Below are positions 17,958-25,973 of a stretch of DNA of 38,475 nt, piece after piece; the stretch's first letter is position 1; every line of letters starts with the position of its first letter. The notes beneath the pieces are model-generated. The model was not told the DNA's origin. It worked only from the letters and a program-made list of their open reading frames with translations, and ran no database searches. The stretch covers positions 1-38,475 of the forward strand of contig JBDTTZ010000492.1 of assembly GCA_040008015.1 (NCBI GenBank). The letters run 5' to 3'. The translations under genes and the position numbers were made by a program. Source of the stretch: Gemmatimonadota bacterium. GTDB taxonomy: Bacteria > Gemmatimonadota > Gemmatimonadetes > Gemmatimonadales > GWC2-71-9.

Positions 17958-18751
17958 TGGATCGAGAGAACCAGGCGGCCCACCCGGACGTTACAGCTTC
18001 AGACTTCTCCCGGGGTGACGTGACCCACACCGCTGTTGAATCTGCTGAACCTCCAGCCGTGGTACCGGCCGGCCGCCCCGCGGTCAAGCGACACCACTGG
18101 CTGGTCCGCCTCTGTCACTGGGCCAACGCCATCCTGCTGGTCGGGATGATCGCGAGCGGGCTCCAGATCTACAACGCCTACCAGCGGTTCGGACCCCGGG
18201 ACATGCGGTACATGGTGCTCAATCCGGTGAAGCTGCTGCATGGCACCCCGTCCGCCCCGGAATGGGCCCGGCTGGGCGGCTGGCTGGCCGGCGGTCTCAA
18301 CTGGCACTTCACCCTGGCCTGGCCCTTCGTTCTCACCGGTCTGCTGTACCTGGCCTATCTCGCCTTGTCCGGAGAATGGCGGTCGCTGTTGTTCCGTCCC
18401 CGGGATATCATCCCTGCCGCCCAGATGCAGCTCTACTACCTACGGCTCCGCAAAGCGCACCCGGCACAGGGGAAGCACAATGCGCTGCAGAAGGCAGCCT
18501 ATACATCCATCGTCGTGGTCGGAGCGCTGGCGGTGCTGAGCGGATTCGCCATCTACAAGCCGGTGCAGCTCTCGTGGCTGACGACCCTGTTCGGTGGATA
18601 CGAGTATGCCAGGTACTGGCACTTCGTGGCGGTGTGGGTCTTCGTCGCCTTTACTATCCTGCATGTCGTCCTGGTATTCGTTGTGGATCCCGCCTCGCTC
18701 CGTGCCATGATCACCGGATGGTACCGGGGAAGGTTTCCCAGCCATGACTAG
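17957..18751 (+). CDS. Cytochrome b (Ni/Fe-hydrogenase b-type / b561 bacterial family) membrane subunit
   Basis: TAATG overlap with the upstream stop. RHHWLVRLCHWANAILLVGMIASG and four TM segments with conserved His. The exact start is uncertain. Confidence 0.7.
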   Translation: MDRENQAAHPDVTASDFSRGDVTHTAVESAEPPAVVPAGRPAVKRHHWLVRLCHWANAILLVGMIASGLQIYNAYQRFGPRDMRYMVLNPVKLLHGTPSAPEWARLGGWLAGGLNWHFTLAWPFVLTGLLYLAYLALSGEWRSLLFRPRDIIPAAQMQLYYLRLRKAHPAQGKHNALQKAAYTSIVVVGALAVLSGFAIYKPVQLSWLTTLFGGYEYARYWHFVAVWVFVAFTILHVVLVFVVDPASLRAMITGWYRGRFPSHD

Positions 18752-19475
18752 ACCACAGCTGGACCGGCGCGATTTTCTCAGGTTGGGACTGGTGGCTGGG
18801 CCGGTGTCGCTGGCCGCGGCTTGCGGCTGGGATGGCGGCACGGCGATCGAGCCACGACTGCGGGCCTTCTCCCGGGTGAACGACTGGGTGGGCGAGCACA
18901 TCCTGCAGTCTAACAACCGGCTGGCCCGCGAGTATCCGGTCAGCCAGCGAACCCGGGACTTCCCTCAGTACTTCGTTACCCGGCCCCAGGCGCCGGTGCC
19001 GGCCTCCGAGCCCTGGAGCCTCGAGGTGGGAGGCGCGGTGCGGAAGCCGGTCCGGCTGACGATGGAGATGATCCAGCAGCTGCCCCGCGTGACCTATACC
19101 CTGAAGCACCACTGCGTTGAGGGCTGGACCGCGATCGGCACCTGGACCGGCGTGCCCCTGTCGAGCGTGCTCGCGATGGTAGAGCCGACCGAGAAAGGCC
19201 GTTACCTCCGTCTCGACTCTTTCGACCGGGACCCCGGCGGCAGGCAGTACTACAACGGGTGGGACCTGAAGAGCGCGATGCATCCGCAGACCATTCTCGC
19301 CTACGCCTTTAACGACCAGCCGCTGCGCGCCGAGCGGGGCGCGCCGCTCCGGCTGTATTCACCGGTGAAGCTGGGATACAAGCTGACCAAGTACCTCACC
19401 AGGATTACGCTGACGACCGACCGGCCGGGAGGCTACTGGGAGGACGTCGGTTACCCGTGGCTGGGCGGGGTATAG
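18744..19475 (+). CDS. Molybdopterin-dependent oxidoreductase (sulfite oxidase / YedY-MsrP-like fold), Tat signal
   Basis: Twin-arginine DRRDFLRLGLVAG followed by AAAC. Oxidoreductase molybdopterin-binding motif HHCVEGWT. Overlaps the cyt b stop by 8 nt. Confidence 0.8.
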   Translation: MTRPQLDRRDFLRLGLVAGPVSLAAACGWDGGTAIEPRLRAFSRVNDWVGEHILQSNNRLAREYPVSQRTRDFPQYFVTRPQAPVPASEPWSLEVGGAVRKPVRLTMEMIQQLPRVTYTLKHHCVEGWTAIGTWTGVPLSSVLAMVEPTEKGRYLRLDSFDRDPGGRQYYNGWDLKSAMHPQTILAYAFNDQPLRAERGAPLRLYSPVKLGYKLTKYLTRITLTTDRPGGYWEDVGYPWLGGV

Positions 19476-19493
19476 TTTGGAGCGGTAGCGTCT

Positions 19494-19745
19494 CTACTCC
19501 TCGCCGTCGGTTCTCGACAAAGCCACGTCAGCTGTGCCATCCGGCTGGTAGCTGACCACCACCGACCAGGGCTGGCAGCACACCGGACAATCCTCCACGT
19601 ACTCCTGCTGGTTGCCGCTGCCGGGATCCAGGGTGATTTCCACCGACTCGCCGCAATAGGGACAGGTGACGCTGGCGTCCAGGTCGGCGACGCCGTCGCC
19701 CAGCTCGAACTCATCGAGCGGATCTGGTTCCGGGATCTGAATCAT
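19494..19745 (-). CDS. CPXCG-motif cysteine-rich small protein
   Basis: CPYCG...CPVCC pairs. ATG at 19745 is preceded by AGGAGG. The longer track ORF (to 19835) is rejected. Confidence 0.7.
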   Translation of the reverse strand: MIQIPEPDPLDEFELGDGVADLDASVTCPYCGESVEITLDPGSGNQQEYVEDCPVCCQPWSVVVSYQPDGTADVALSRTDGEE

Positions 19746-19797
19746 CTCGTGGTTCCTCCTAACGAAGCGGTTCCCCCGGAGATATCTTAAGCGGTTC

Positions 19798-21051
19798 ATG
19801 AGCCGGCGTCTTCCTCTCCTCGCCATCCTGCTCACCGTCGCGCTGGTGGCGGCCCGGGTGCTCCGGGCTCCCCCGCTCTACGACCCGCTGGGCGCTCCGC
19901 TTCCCCCCGGAGTGCATCTCGGTTTCCCCGTCGTTCACCTGCTCTTTGCGCCGCTTTTCGATCTCTGGGATGCGGCTTCCATGCTGAGTCTGCGGCGGTT
20001 GGAGTGGATGGCCGCCGGGCTGCTGCTGGTTTTTCTGGCCTGGCGCGGGGTGCTCGCGGTACTGCGCCGGCGCAGGGATCCCGATGCCGGCCCACCCATC
20101 GGGCTCATCCGTGAGCTGAGCGCGTTGCTGTTCGCTCTGCTGGGGTTCGTGGCCTTTATCGCCGGGGGGATGCTCTGGCATCGCCCGATGGTGGCCCTGC
20201 GGGACGTGCCGCCGGCGTTCATGACGGTCGATCTCCATTCTCACAGCAACGTCTCCCACGATGTGATGGGGACCCTGATGGCCGGGTTCGATACCGAGGC
20301 CAGCCGCCGCTGGCACCGGCGCGCGGGCTACGACGCCTTCTTTCTCACCGACCACAACACCGTCGCCGGGCTCCCGGCCGCCCCCGCCACTGAGCCGCCG
20401 TTCGTCTGCCCCGGCATTGAGATCAGCTCCTGGCGCGCCCACATCGTTCTGCTGGGCACCAGCGACAGCGTTGACCGCAGCCGGTACGGCGGGTCGCTCG
20501 AGGGCGTCCTCACGCTGCTTCGGGAGAGCGAGTCCCGCTACGGCGCCATCTCGATCGCTTCCCTCCCCGAGTACGATCAGAATCACTTCGACCACCTCGA
20601 CCAGCTGATCGAAGCTGGCATCGACGGTTTTGAAATCGTGAACGCATCGCCCAAGGCGGCAATGTTCTCCCGGGCCCACCGCGACAGCGTGACCGTGCTG
20701 GCAACGGCGCGCAACCTGCTCCTGGTCGGGGTGAGCGACAACCATGGATGGGGCGCCACCAACCTGAGCTGGAACCTGGTACGGGTTCCCGGATGGAAGA
20801 GCGCGCGCAATCCCTGCCCGCAGCTGCTGAACCAGCTCGCGACCGGTGGCATCGCCGCGGTCCAGATTGCCGAGCGGCACCACCTGGAGAATGATTCGAG
20901 GTGGCCGTTGCCGCTGACGCCGGAAGCAGTGATCTGGGAGACCTGGCGATCGTTGACACCGTTGCAGACGGTGTCGTGGCTATTCTGGATCTGGGTCGTA
21001 GGAATCGTTGTGGCGCGCCGCCTTTACCCTCTAGCCCCATCTCCCACGTGA
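19798..21051 (+). CDS. Membrane protein with PHP-type metal-dependent phosphoesterase domain
   Basis: Several N-terminal TM segments, then DLHSHSNVSHD and FLTDHN (PHP motifs). C-terminal TM. Confidence 0.6.
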   Translation: MSRRLPLLAILLTVALVAARVLRAPPLYDPLGAPLPPGVHLGFPVVHLLFAPLFDLWDAASMLSLRRLEWMAAGLLLVFLAWRGVLAVLRRRRDPDAGPPIGLIRELSALLFALLGFVAFIAGGMLWHRPMVALRDVPPAFMTVDLHSHSNVSHDVMGTLMAGFDTEASRRWHRRAGYDAFFLTDHNTVAGLPAAPATEPPFVCPGIEISSWRAHIVLLGTSDSVDRSRYGGSLEGVLTLLRESESRYGAISIASLPEYDQNHFDHLDQLIEAGIDGFEIVNASPKAAMFSRAHRDSVTVLATARNLLLVGVSDNHGWGATNLSWNLVRVPGWKSARNPCPQLLNQLATGGIAAVQIAERHHLENDSRWPLPLTPEAVIWETWRSLTPLQTVSWLFWIWVVGIVVARRLYPLAPSPT

Positions 21052-22040
21052 ACTCTCGCATCGCGGGCACCGGCTTCTCCGTTCCGGACCGGGTAGTGAC
21101 CAACCATGAATTGGCCACCCTGATGGACACATCGGACGAGTGGATTCGGATTCGCACCGGCATCCAGGAGCGCCGCTGGGTTCGCGAAGGGGAAACCGGG
21201 GCCGCCCTCGCCCTGGCGGCCTCTCGGCGCGCTCTTGAAGCCGCCGGACTCCAGCCCGGCGATCTCGATGCCATCGTCTTCGCCACCAGCACCCCGGATC
21301 ACTTCCTTCCGGGAGGCGGCGTGTACCTCCAGCGCGACCTCGGAGCCGGGATGATCCCGGCGATCGACATTCGCACCCAATGCAGCGGATTCGTGTACGG
21401 CCTGTCCGTAGCGGACGCATGGATTCGCTCCGGGCACTATCAGCGGGTGCTGGTGGTGGGCGCGGAAGTCCAGTCTACCGCCATGGATGTCTCGACCCGG
21501 GGGCGCAACACCGCCGTCATTTTCGCCGACGGGGCCGGAGCGGTGGTCGTCACCAGCTCGGCCGAGCCGGACCGCGGCCTGCTGGCGTTTGACCTCCATT
21601 CCGAGGGAAGCCGGGCCGAGCTGCTCTGGGTGGACGGGCCCGGCTCGATGTACCACCCCCGCGTGTCCCACGAGCATCTCGATGCCGGGCGCTACTTCCT
21701 CCAGATGGACGGCAAGGAAGTGTTCCGTCACGCGGTTACCCGGATGCCGGAATCGGTGCTCGCCGTGCTGGCGAAGGCGGGGCTCAGTATCGACCAGGTC
21801 GCGCTGCTCATCCCCCACCAGGCCAATCTGCGGATATCCGAGGTCGTCCAGAAATCGCTCAAGCTTCGGGATGACCAGGTGTACAACAACATTCAGCACT
21901 ACGGAAACACCACGGCTGCCACCGTTCCCATCGCGCTGGACGAGTGCGTCAGGGGGGGCCGGATCAAAGCCGGAGACATCGTCGTCTTTACCGCGTTCGG
22001 CAGCGGTTTCATGTGGGGGAGCGTGGTCCTGCGTTGGTAG
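21048..22040 (+). CDS. fabH: Beta-ketoacyl-ACP synthase III
   Basis: GTG 21048 gives VNSRIAGTGFSVPDRVVTNHELATLMDTSDEWIRIRTGIQERRW. Catalytic residues are in CSGFVYG, HQANLRI and GNTTAATVP. GTGA overlap with the upstream stop. Confidence 0.9.
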   Translation: MNSRIAGTGFSVPDRVVTNHELATLMDTSDEWIRIRTGIQERRWVREGETGAALALAASRRALEAAGLQPGDLDAIVFATSTPDHFLPGGGVYLQRDLGAGMIPAIDIRTQCSGFVYGLSVADAWIRSGHYQRVLVVGAEVQSTAMDVSTRGRNTAVIFADGAGAVVVTSSAEPDRGLLAFDLHSEGSRAELLWVDGPGSMYHPRVSHEHLDAGRYFLQMDGKEVFRHAVTRMPESVLAVLAKAGLSIDQVALLIPHQANLRISEVVQKSLKLRDDQVYNNIQHYGNTTAATVPIALDECVRGGRIKAGDIVVFTAFGSGFMWGSVVLRW

Positions 22041-22049
22041 GTTTCACCG

Positions 22050-22076
22050 GCTTGGCAGTGCTAAGCGTTTATCTTT
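22050..22076 (+). terminator. Possible weak intrinsic terminator after fabH
   Basis: GCTTGG-CAGTG-CTAAGC (6 bp including one G.U) followed by the T-rich GTTTATCTTT. It starts 10 nt after the fabH stop. Confidence 0.35.
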
Positions 22077-22166
22077 AAATGACTTGATGACTTGAAACAC
22101 GCCGGGGTGACGTTACGTACTGAAACACACGAGACGTCGTTGGTGCCCTCACTCCAGGACTTGACC

Positions 22167-22439
22167 ATGTTCATCTTCAGCTGGGTAAGCACCATCATCA
22201 CCGTTGCCGCCGGGCTCACCGGTTTCCTGTTGACTCGCCGGTTCGTCGCCCGCCGGCTTCGCTTTGTGGATTCGGTCTACTCGCCGGCGGCACCGTTCAT
22301 CATCGCGGCGCTGGCGATGCTGCTGGCCTGGCCGGTCTCCGCCTTGCCGCTGGTCACCGCGACCGCCAGCGCGCTGTTCGGCATCGGCGCCGGGCTGGGA
22401 ACCATCAGCGGAGTCAAGGCGCTCAGACGAGCCAACTAG
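22167..22439 (+). CDS. Small hypothetical membrane protein (about 90 aa)
   Basis: MFIFSWVSTIITVAAGLTGFLL plus two further hydrophobic segments. The start is chosen at the first Met before TM1. No family recognised. Confidence 0.45.
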   Translation: MFIFSWVSTIITVAAGLTGFLLTRRFVARRLRFVDSVYSPAAPFIIAALAMLLAWPVSALPLVTATASALFGIGAGLGTISGVKALRRAN

Positions 22440-22443
22440 AATT

Positions 22444-22494
22444 GAAGATGGAAGATTGAGGATTGAGGATTATCCTTCTTCCATGGCTTCCATT
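22444..22494. repeat. Heptamer array GAAGATG GAAGATT GAGGATT GAGGATT with a complementary segment overlapping the yggX start codon
   Basis: 22448-22463 (ATGGAAGATTGAGGAT) can pair with 22472-22484 (ATCCTTCTTCCAT). That gives 13 bp with a 3-nt bulge, and the pairing includes A and U of the yggX AUG (22483-22485). Confidence 0.8.
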
Positions 22495-22731
22495 ACATGT
22501 GCTCGTTGCGGCCAGACCCGGGACCAGATGCCCTTCCGGCCGTTCCCCAACGATGTCGGTCTCAAGGTGTTTGAGAGCATCTGTAATGTGTGCTGGCAGG
22601 AATGGCTCGCCACCCAGAAGCAGATCATCAATCACTATTCGCTCGACCCCCGGGAGCCGAAGTCCAGGGAAGTACTCTACACCCACATGGACACCTTTCT
22701 CTTCGGGCCCAGGGGACTGCCGACGGCGTAG
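22483..22731 (+). CDS. yggX: Fe(2+)-trafficking / oxidative damage protection protein YggX
   Basis: MASITCARCGQTRDQMPFRPFPNDVGLKVFESICNVCWQEWLATQKQIINHYSLD is a close match to the YggX family pattern. Confidence 0.85.
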   Translation: MASITCARCGQTRDQMPFRPFPNDVGLKVFESICNVCWQEWLATQKQIINHYSLDPREPKSREVLYTHMDTFLFGPRGLPTA

Positions 22732-22900
22732 GGAGTCCTACTCCCTGGTTACGCTGAATTCAAGGATCGCATCGATCGCCGGCCCGCTCGGCATCAAGTC
22801 CTCCGTCATTCCGATCCGCCACGTGCGTCCACCCGTTCGTACCATCCAGCCATAGTTCAAAGTGAGCTCCCCTCGATCCAGCGCGGGCCCCCTGGTGTCA

Positions 22901-22909
22901 TGGTAGTAT
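22901..22909 (+). promoter_or_regulatory. Candidate extended -10 element (TGGTAGTAT) upstream of pirin
   Basis: TGnTAnnAT-like sequence in a locally AT-richer stretch, about 115 nt upstream of the pirin ATG. No convincing -35. Confidence 0.25.
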
Positions 22910-23022
22910 GGGATATGATAGAAACCTGGACCGGGACCGGCGAGGGAGTCGCCACCGGGAACTTTTTCAGCGAAGGGATTGTTGGGAGAATTACTTTCCA
23001 GCACGGTACGAGAGGAGCGAAC

Positions 23023-23922
23023 ATGTCTATCCGGCCAGTGAAGCAGGTCGTGCAGTCCAAGCCCACTATGGAAGGCGCCGGGGTGCGGCTGCGCCGGGCA
23101 TTCGGCTTTGGTGAGACCAAAGACTACGATCCCTTTCTCCTGTTCGACGATTTCCGCAACGAGACCCCCGACGACTACCTCGCGGGGTTTCCCTGGCACC
23201 CGCACCGGGGTATCGAGACCATCACCTACGTGCTGGCCGGCTCGGTACACCATGGCGACAGCCTGGGTAACCGGGGGAGCATGGGCCCCGGCGACGTCCA
23301 GTGGATGACGGCTGGCAGCGGCATTCTCCACCAGGAAATGCCCAAAGGGGACGCCACCGGCCGGATGCACGGGTTCCAGCTCTGGGCCAATCTCCCGTCC
23401 GCCCTGAAGATGACGCGGCCGCGCTACCAGGACATCGTCGCCAGGGACATCCCCGAAATCACCGACGATGACGGCACCGCGGTGCGGATCATCTGCGGAA
23501 ATTTCTGGGGGAAGAGCGGGCCGGTCGAAGGCGTTGCGGCGGACCCGCGATACCTGGACGTTTCGGTTCCGCCCGGCCGGCGCAAGACACTGCCGGTGGA
23601 CGCCTCCTCGCAGGCCTTTGCCTATGTCTTCGAGGGGAGCGGGAACTTCCGGGACGCGTCACAACCGTTACCGGTGAAGACCGAGCGGGTGGGAGATGCG
23701 GTAAGCACAACCAGCGGAGAAGCAGAGAACCGCTCGCTGGTGCTGTTCGACACCGGGAGCGAAGTGACGGTTCAGGCCGGGGAGAAGGGCATCCGCTTTC
23801 TCCTCGTTTCCGGAAAGCCGATCGAGGAGCCGGTGGCGTGGTACGGTCCGATCGTCATGAATACATCGGAGCAATTGCGGGAGGCGTGGGCCGAGCTCAA
23901 GGACGGGACTTTCATCAAATAG
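23023..23922 (+). CDS. Pirin family protein
   Basis: GAGGAG lies 7 nt upstream of ATG 23023. Cupin metal motif HPHRGIETITYVL...H and QWMTAGSGILHQE. The track start 22900 is rejected. Confidence 0.9.
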   Translation: MSIRPVKQVVQSKPTMEGAGVRLRRAFGFGETKDYDPFLLFDDFRNETPDDYLAGFPWHPHRGIETITYVLAGSVHHGDSLGNRGSMGPGDVQWMTAGSGILHQEMPKGDATGRMHGFQLWANLPSALKMTRPRYQDIVARDIPEITDDDGTAVRIICGNFWGKSGPVEGVAADPRYLDVSVPPGRRKTLPVDASSQAFAYVFEGSGNFRDASQPLPVKTERVGDAVSTTSGEAENRSLVLFDTGSEVTVQAGEKGIRFLLVSGKPIEEPVAWYGPIVMNTSEQLREAWAELKDGTFIK

Positions 23923-23927
23923 ATCGT

Positions 23928-23950
23928 AGGGGCGCACTGCGTGCGCCCCT
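23928..23950. repeat. GC-rich REP-like palindrome AGGGGCGCAC-TGC-GTGCGCCCCT between convergent genes
   Basis: Perfect 10-bp stem with a 3-nt loop. It lies between the pirin stop (23922) and the PDZ-protein stop (23960). No U-tract. Confidence 0.85.
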
Positions 23951-23959
23951 GCCGGCGCC

Positions 23960-24838
23960 CTACCGGTTTGGCACCACCTTACCGACGATGCTCTCCCGCC
24001 GCTTCATCCGCATCACGTCGATCCTGAGGTCCTCGCCGGGCTCGTAGCTCTGCAGCACCCGGAACATCTGGCCCGGGTCCGACATCCTGCGCCCGTCCAC
24101 CGCCAGCACGACGTCTCCCGGGCGGAGATTGAGCTTGCTGCTTGGGGGAACGTTGATCACCAGCACTCCCTCGCCGATGCCGAAGTACTGGCCCAGGGCG
24201 GGATTCATCGGTGCCAACTCCAGGTCCATGACCCGGGTCCGGAGGATCATGACGTTGCCGCCCGGCGTATTGGGATCGAATACCGGTTGATCGTCGAAGT
24301 TGAAGTAGAGGTCCGACCGGTCGGGCCCTTCCATCGGGGTGCGATAGCTGAACATCTGCCCGGTGGCCGGCTCGTCAAACATCGCCCGCATCGGCTCCAG
24401 CACCACGGTCGCCCGGCGCCGCTCTCCGCCCCTCTGGTATTCCAGCCGGGCGGTGTCACCCGCATCCATCTGGGTCGTGAGCTCGATGAGGGCAAGGGCG
24501 GGAGAGAGCTTGCGGGATTCGCGAGCAGCCTGGATCAGTGAGCGGCTGTTCAGGGTGACGATGATATCGCCGGAACGGATCCCGGCGCGGTAGGCCGGGC
24601 CGGCCGGAGTCACGGCATCGACCAGGGCGCCGATGGAATCCAGGGGACCGGGCAGGATGTTGACCGTAATCCCGATCTTGCCACGATTACCGGGGAAGAC
24701 CCTGAACAACTCCCGTTCCGGCACCACCGTGTAGGTGCGATCCGGCCGGCGCTGAGAAGAAGGCTGTTGGGCCTGCGCTCCGCTGGAAAGTGCTGCACAA
24801 AGGCAAAGGCAGGGAAACAGCAAGGCCGGTCGCATCAC
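23960..24838 (-). CDS. Secreted protein with two PDZ domains
   Basis: Signal peptide MMRPALLFPCLCLCAALSSGAQA. PDZ-type GDIIVTLN and GDVVLAVDG segments. Start overlaps the anti-sigma stop. Confidence 0.75.
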   Translation of the reverse strand: MMRPALLFPCLCLCAALSSGAQAQQPSSQRRPDRTYTVVPERELFRVFPGNRGKIGITVNILPGPLDSIGALVDAVTPAGPAYRAGIRSGDIIVTLNSRSLIQAARESRKLSPALALIELTTQMDAGDTARLEYQRGGERRRATVVLEPMRAMFDEPATGQMFSYRTPMEGPDRSDLYFNFDDQPVFDPNTPGGNVMILRTRVMDLELAPMNPALGQYFGIGEGVLVINVPPSSKLNLRPGDVVLAVDGRRMSDPGQMFRVLQSYEPGEDLRIDVMRMKRRESIVGKVVPNR

Positions 24839-25437
24839 AGGCCCACATTACTGGCCTTGGTGACGTGCACGTCCACCAGGGCATCGAGCAGATTGACCCG
24901 CTCCCGCCAGAGCTGCAGCAACTGCTGGTCCCGGCTTTGGACGTCCCGCATCTGGGTGACTTCCAGCTGACGGTCCAGGTCGGCGATCCGGTCTTCCAGC
25001 TCCGCCGCGATCCGTGCCGTCCGGCCGTCGGTGACCCGGGCCTCGGGGTTGTAGCGGAGGATCGTGCTTTCCAATGCCCGCGACTGCGCCTTCGCGGTGT
25101 CAATCGCGGCGGTAGCCGACAGCCTGCCGGGGCGCGAGATGTCATTGACGACGACGGCGAGCAGCACCGAAGCGGCCAGGGCGGTTCCCGCGATGCTCAT
25201 CCAGCGGATCCGGCGGCGGTGCCGGTCGTCCGCCATCCGGCCGCGGATCACCGGCCAGGCATCACGGGGCGGTTGCATCCCAGGCAGCGCTTTCATACGC
25301 GCCACTCGCTGGTGCAGCCGGTCCAGCTCGTTCCGGCACAGCTCACAGCTCTCCACGTGGCGCCGCGCCTCCGCCATCCCGGGCTCCGTACCCGGTCCCC
25401 GCAGCGACACCAGTTGTTCCATGCTCAGGTGGTTCAT
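24835..25437 (-). CDS. Anti-sigma factor (zf-HC2 type), single-pass membrane
   Basis: H-x3-C-x2-C motif (HVESCELC). Central TM (WMSIAGTALAASVLLAVVV). ATGA overlap with the sigma gene. Confidence 0.75.
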   Translation of the reverse strand: MNHLSMEQLVSLRGPGTEPGMAEARRHVESCELCRNELDRLHQRVARMKALPGMQPPRDAWPVIRGRMADDRHRRRIRWMSIAGTALAASVLLAVVVNDISRPGRLSATAAIDTAKAQSRALESTILRYNPEARVTDGRTARIAAELEDRIADLDRQLEVTQMRDVQSRDQQLLQLWRERVNLLDALVDVHVTKASNVGL

Positions 25438-25973
25438 ATGGCCGCCTCCTCTCCCAGCCAGCGGCGAAGGCGCACGTGGGCGCGCGCCAATTGCGATTTG
25501 GAAAAACTCACGGTCTTACCCATCATCTCTGCGATCTCTTCGTGGGTGTAGCCCTCCACGTCGTGCAGCCACACCACGGCGCGGGAAGTCTCCGGCAGCC
25601 GGTCCAGCGCCGCCTCGAGATCCATGCGCAGATGTGCGTCTTCCTTGCGACTCGGAGAGATTTCGTCTTCCAGCTCGTCGGTGTCGCGGTATTTGTTTCT
25701 CCGGAGCCGCATGAGCGCCTTGCTCGATGCGATGGTGCGGATCCAGCCCCAGAGACTTCCCTCGCCCCGGAACTGGCCCAGGCTGCGGCACAACTCGAAA
25801 AAGGTCTCCTGCAGCACGTCCTCGGCGTCTTCCGCGGTCCGGCAGATCCGCCGGGCCAGGTTGTACACCGGCATCTCAAAGGCGCGGTACAACGCCTCCA
25901 TCGCCTGGGGATCCCCAGTACGGGCACGGGCGAGGACGGCGTCGGCGTTTGCGATCACGAGGGATTCTGCCAT
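25434..25973 (-). CDS. ECF-type RNA polymerase sigma-70 family factor
   Basis: Region 2 (DVLQETFFELCRSLGQFRGEGSLWGWIRTIA) and region 4 (EGYTHEEIAEMMGKTVSFSKSQLARAHVRLRR). Confidence 0.85.
   Translation of the reverse strand: MAESLVIANADAVLARARTGDPQAMEALYRAFEMPVYNLARRICRTAEDAEDVLQETFFELCRSLGQFRGEGSLWGWIRTIASSKALMRLRRNKYRDTDELEDEISPSRKEDAHLRMDLEAALDRLPETSRAVVWLHDVEGYTHEEIAEMMGKTVSFSKSQLARAHVRLRRWLGEEAAI

Noticed and set aside
19476-19500. A hairpin (GGAG..GTAG-CGTCT-CTAC-TCC) between the Moco oxidoreductase and CPXCG genes as a terminator.
   Set aside because: It has only about 7 bp with a 3-nt bulge, no U-tract, and it overlaps the CPXCG stop codon.
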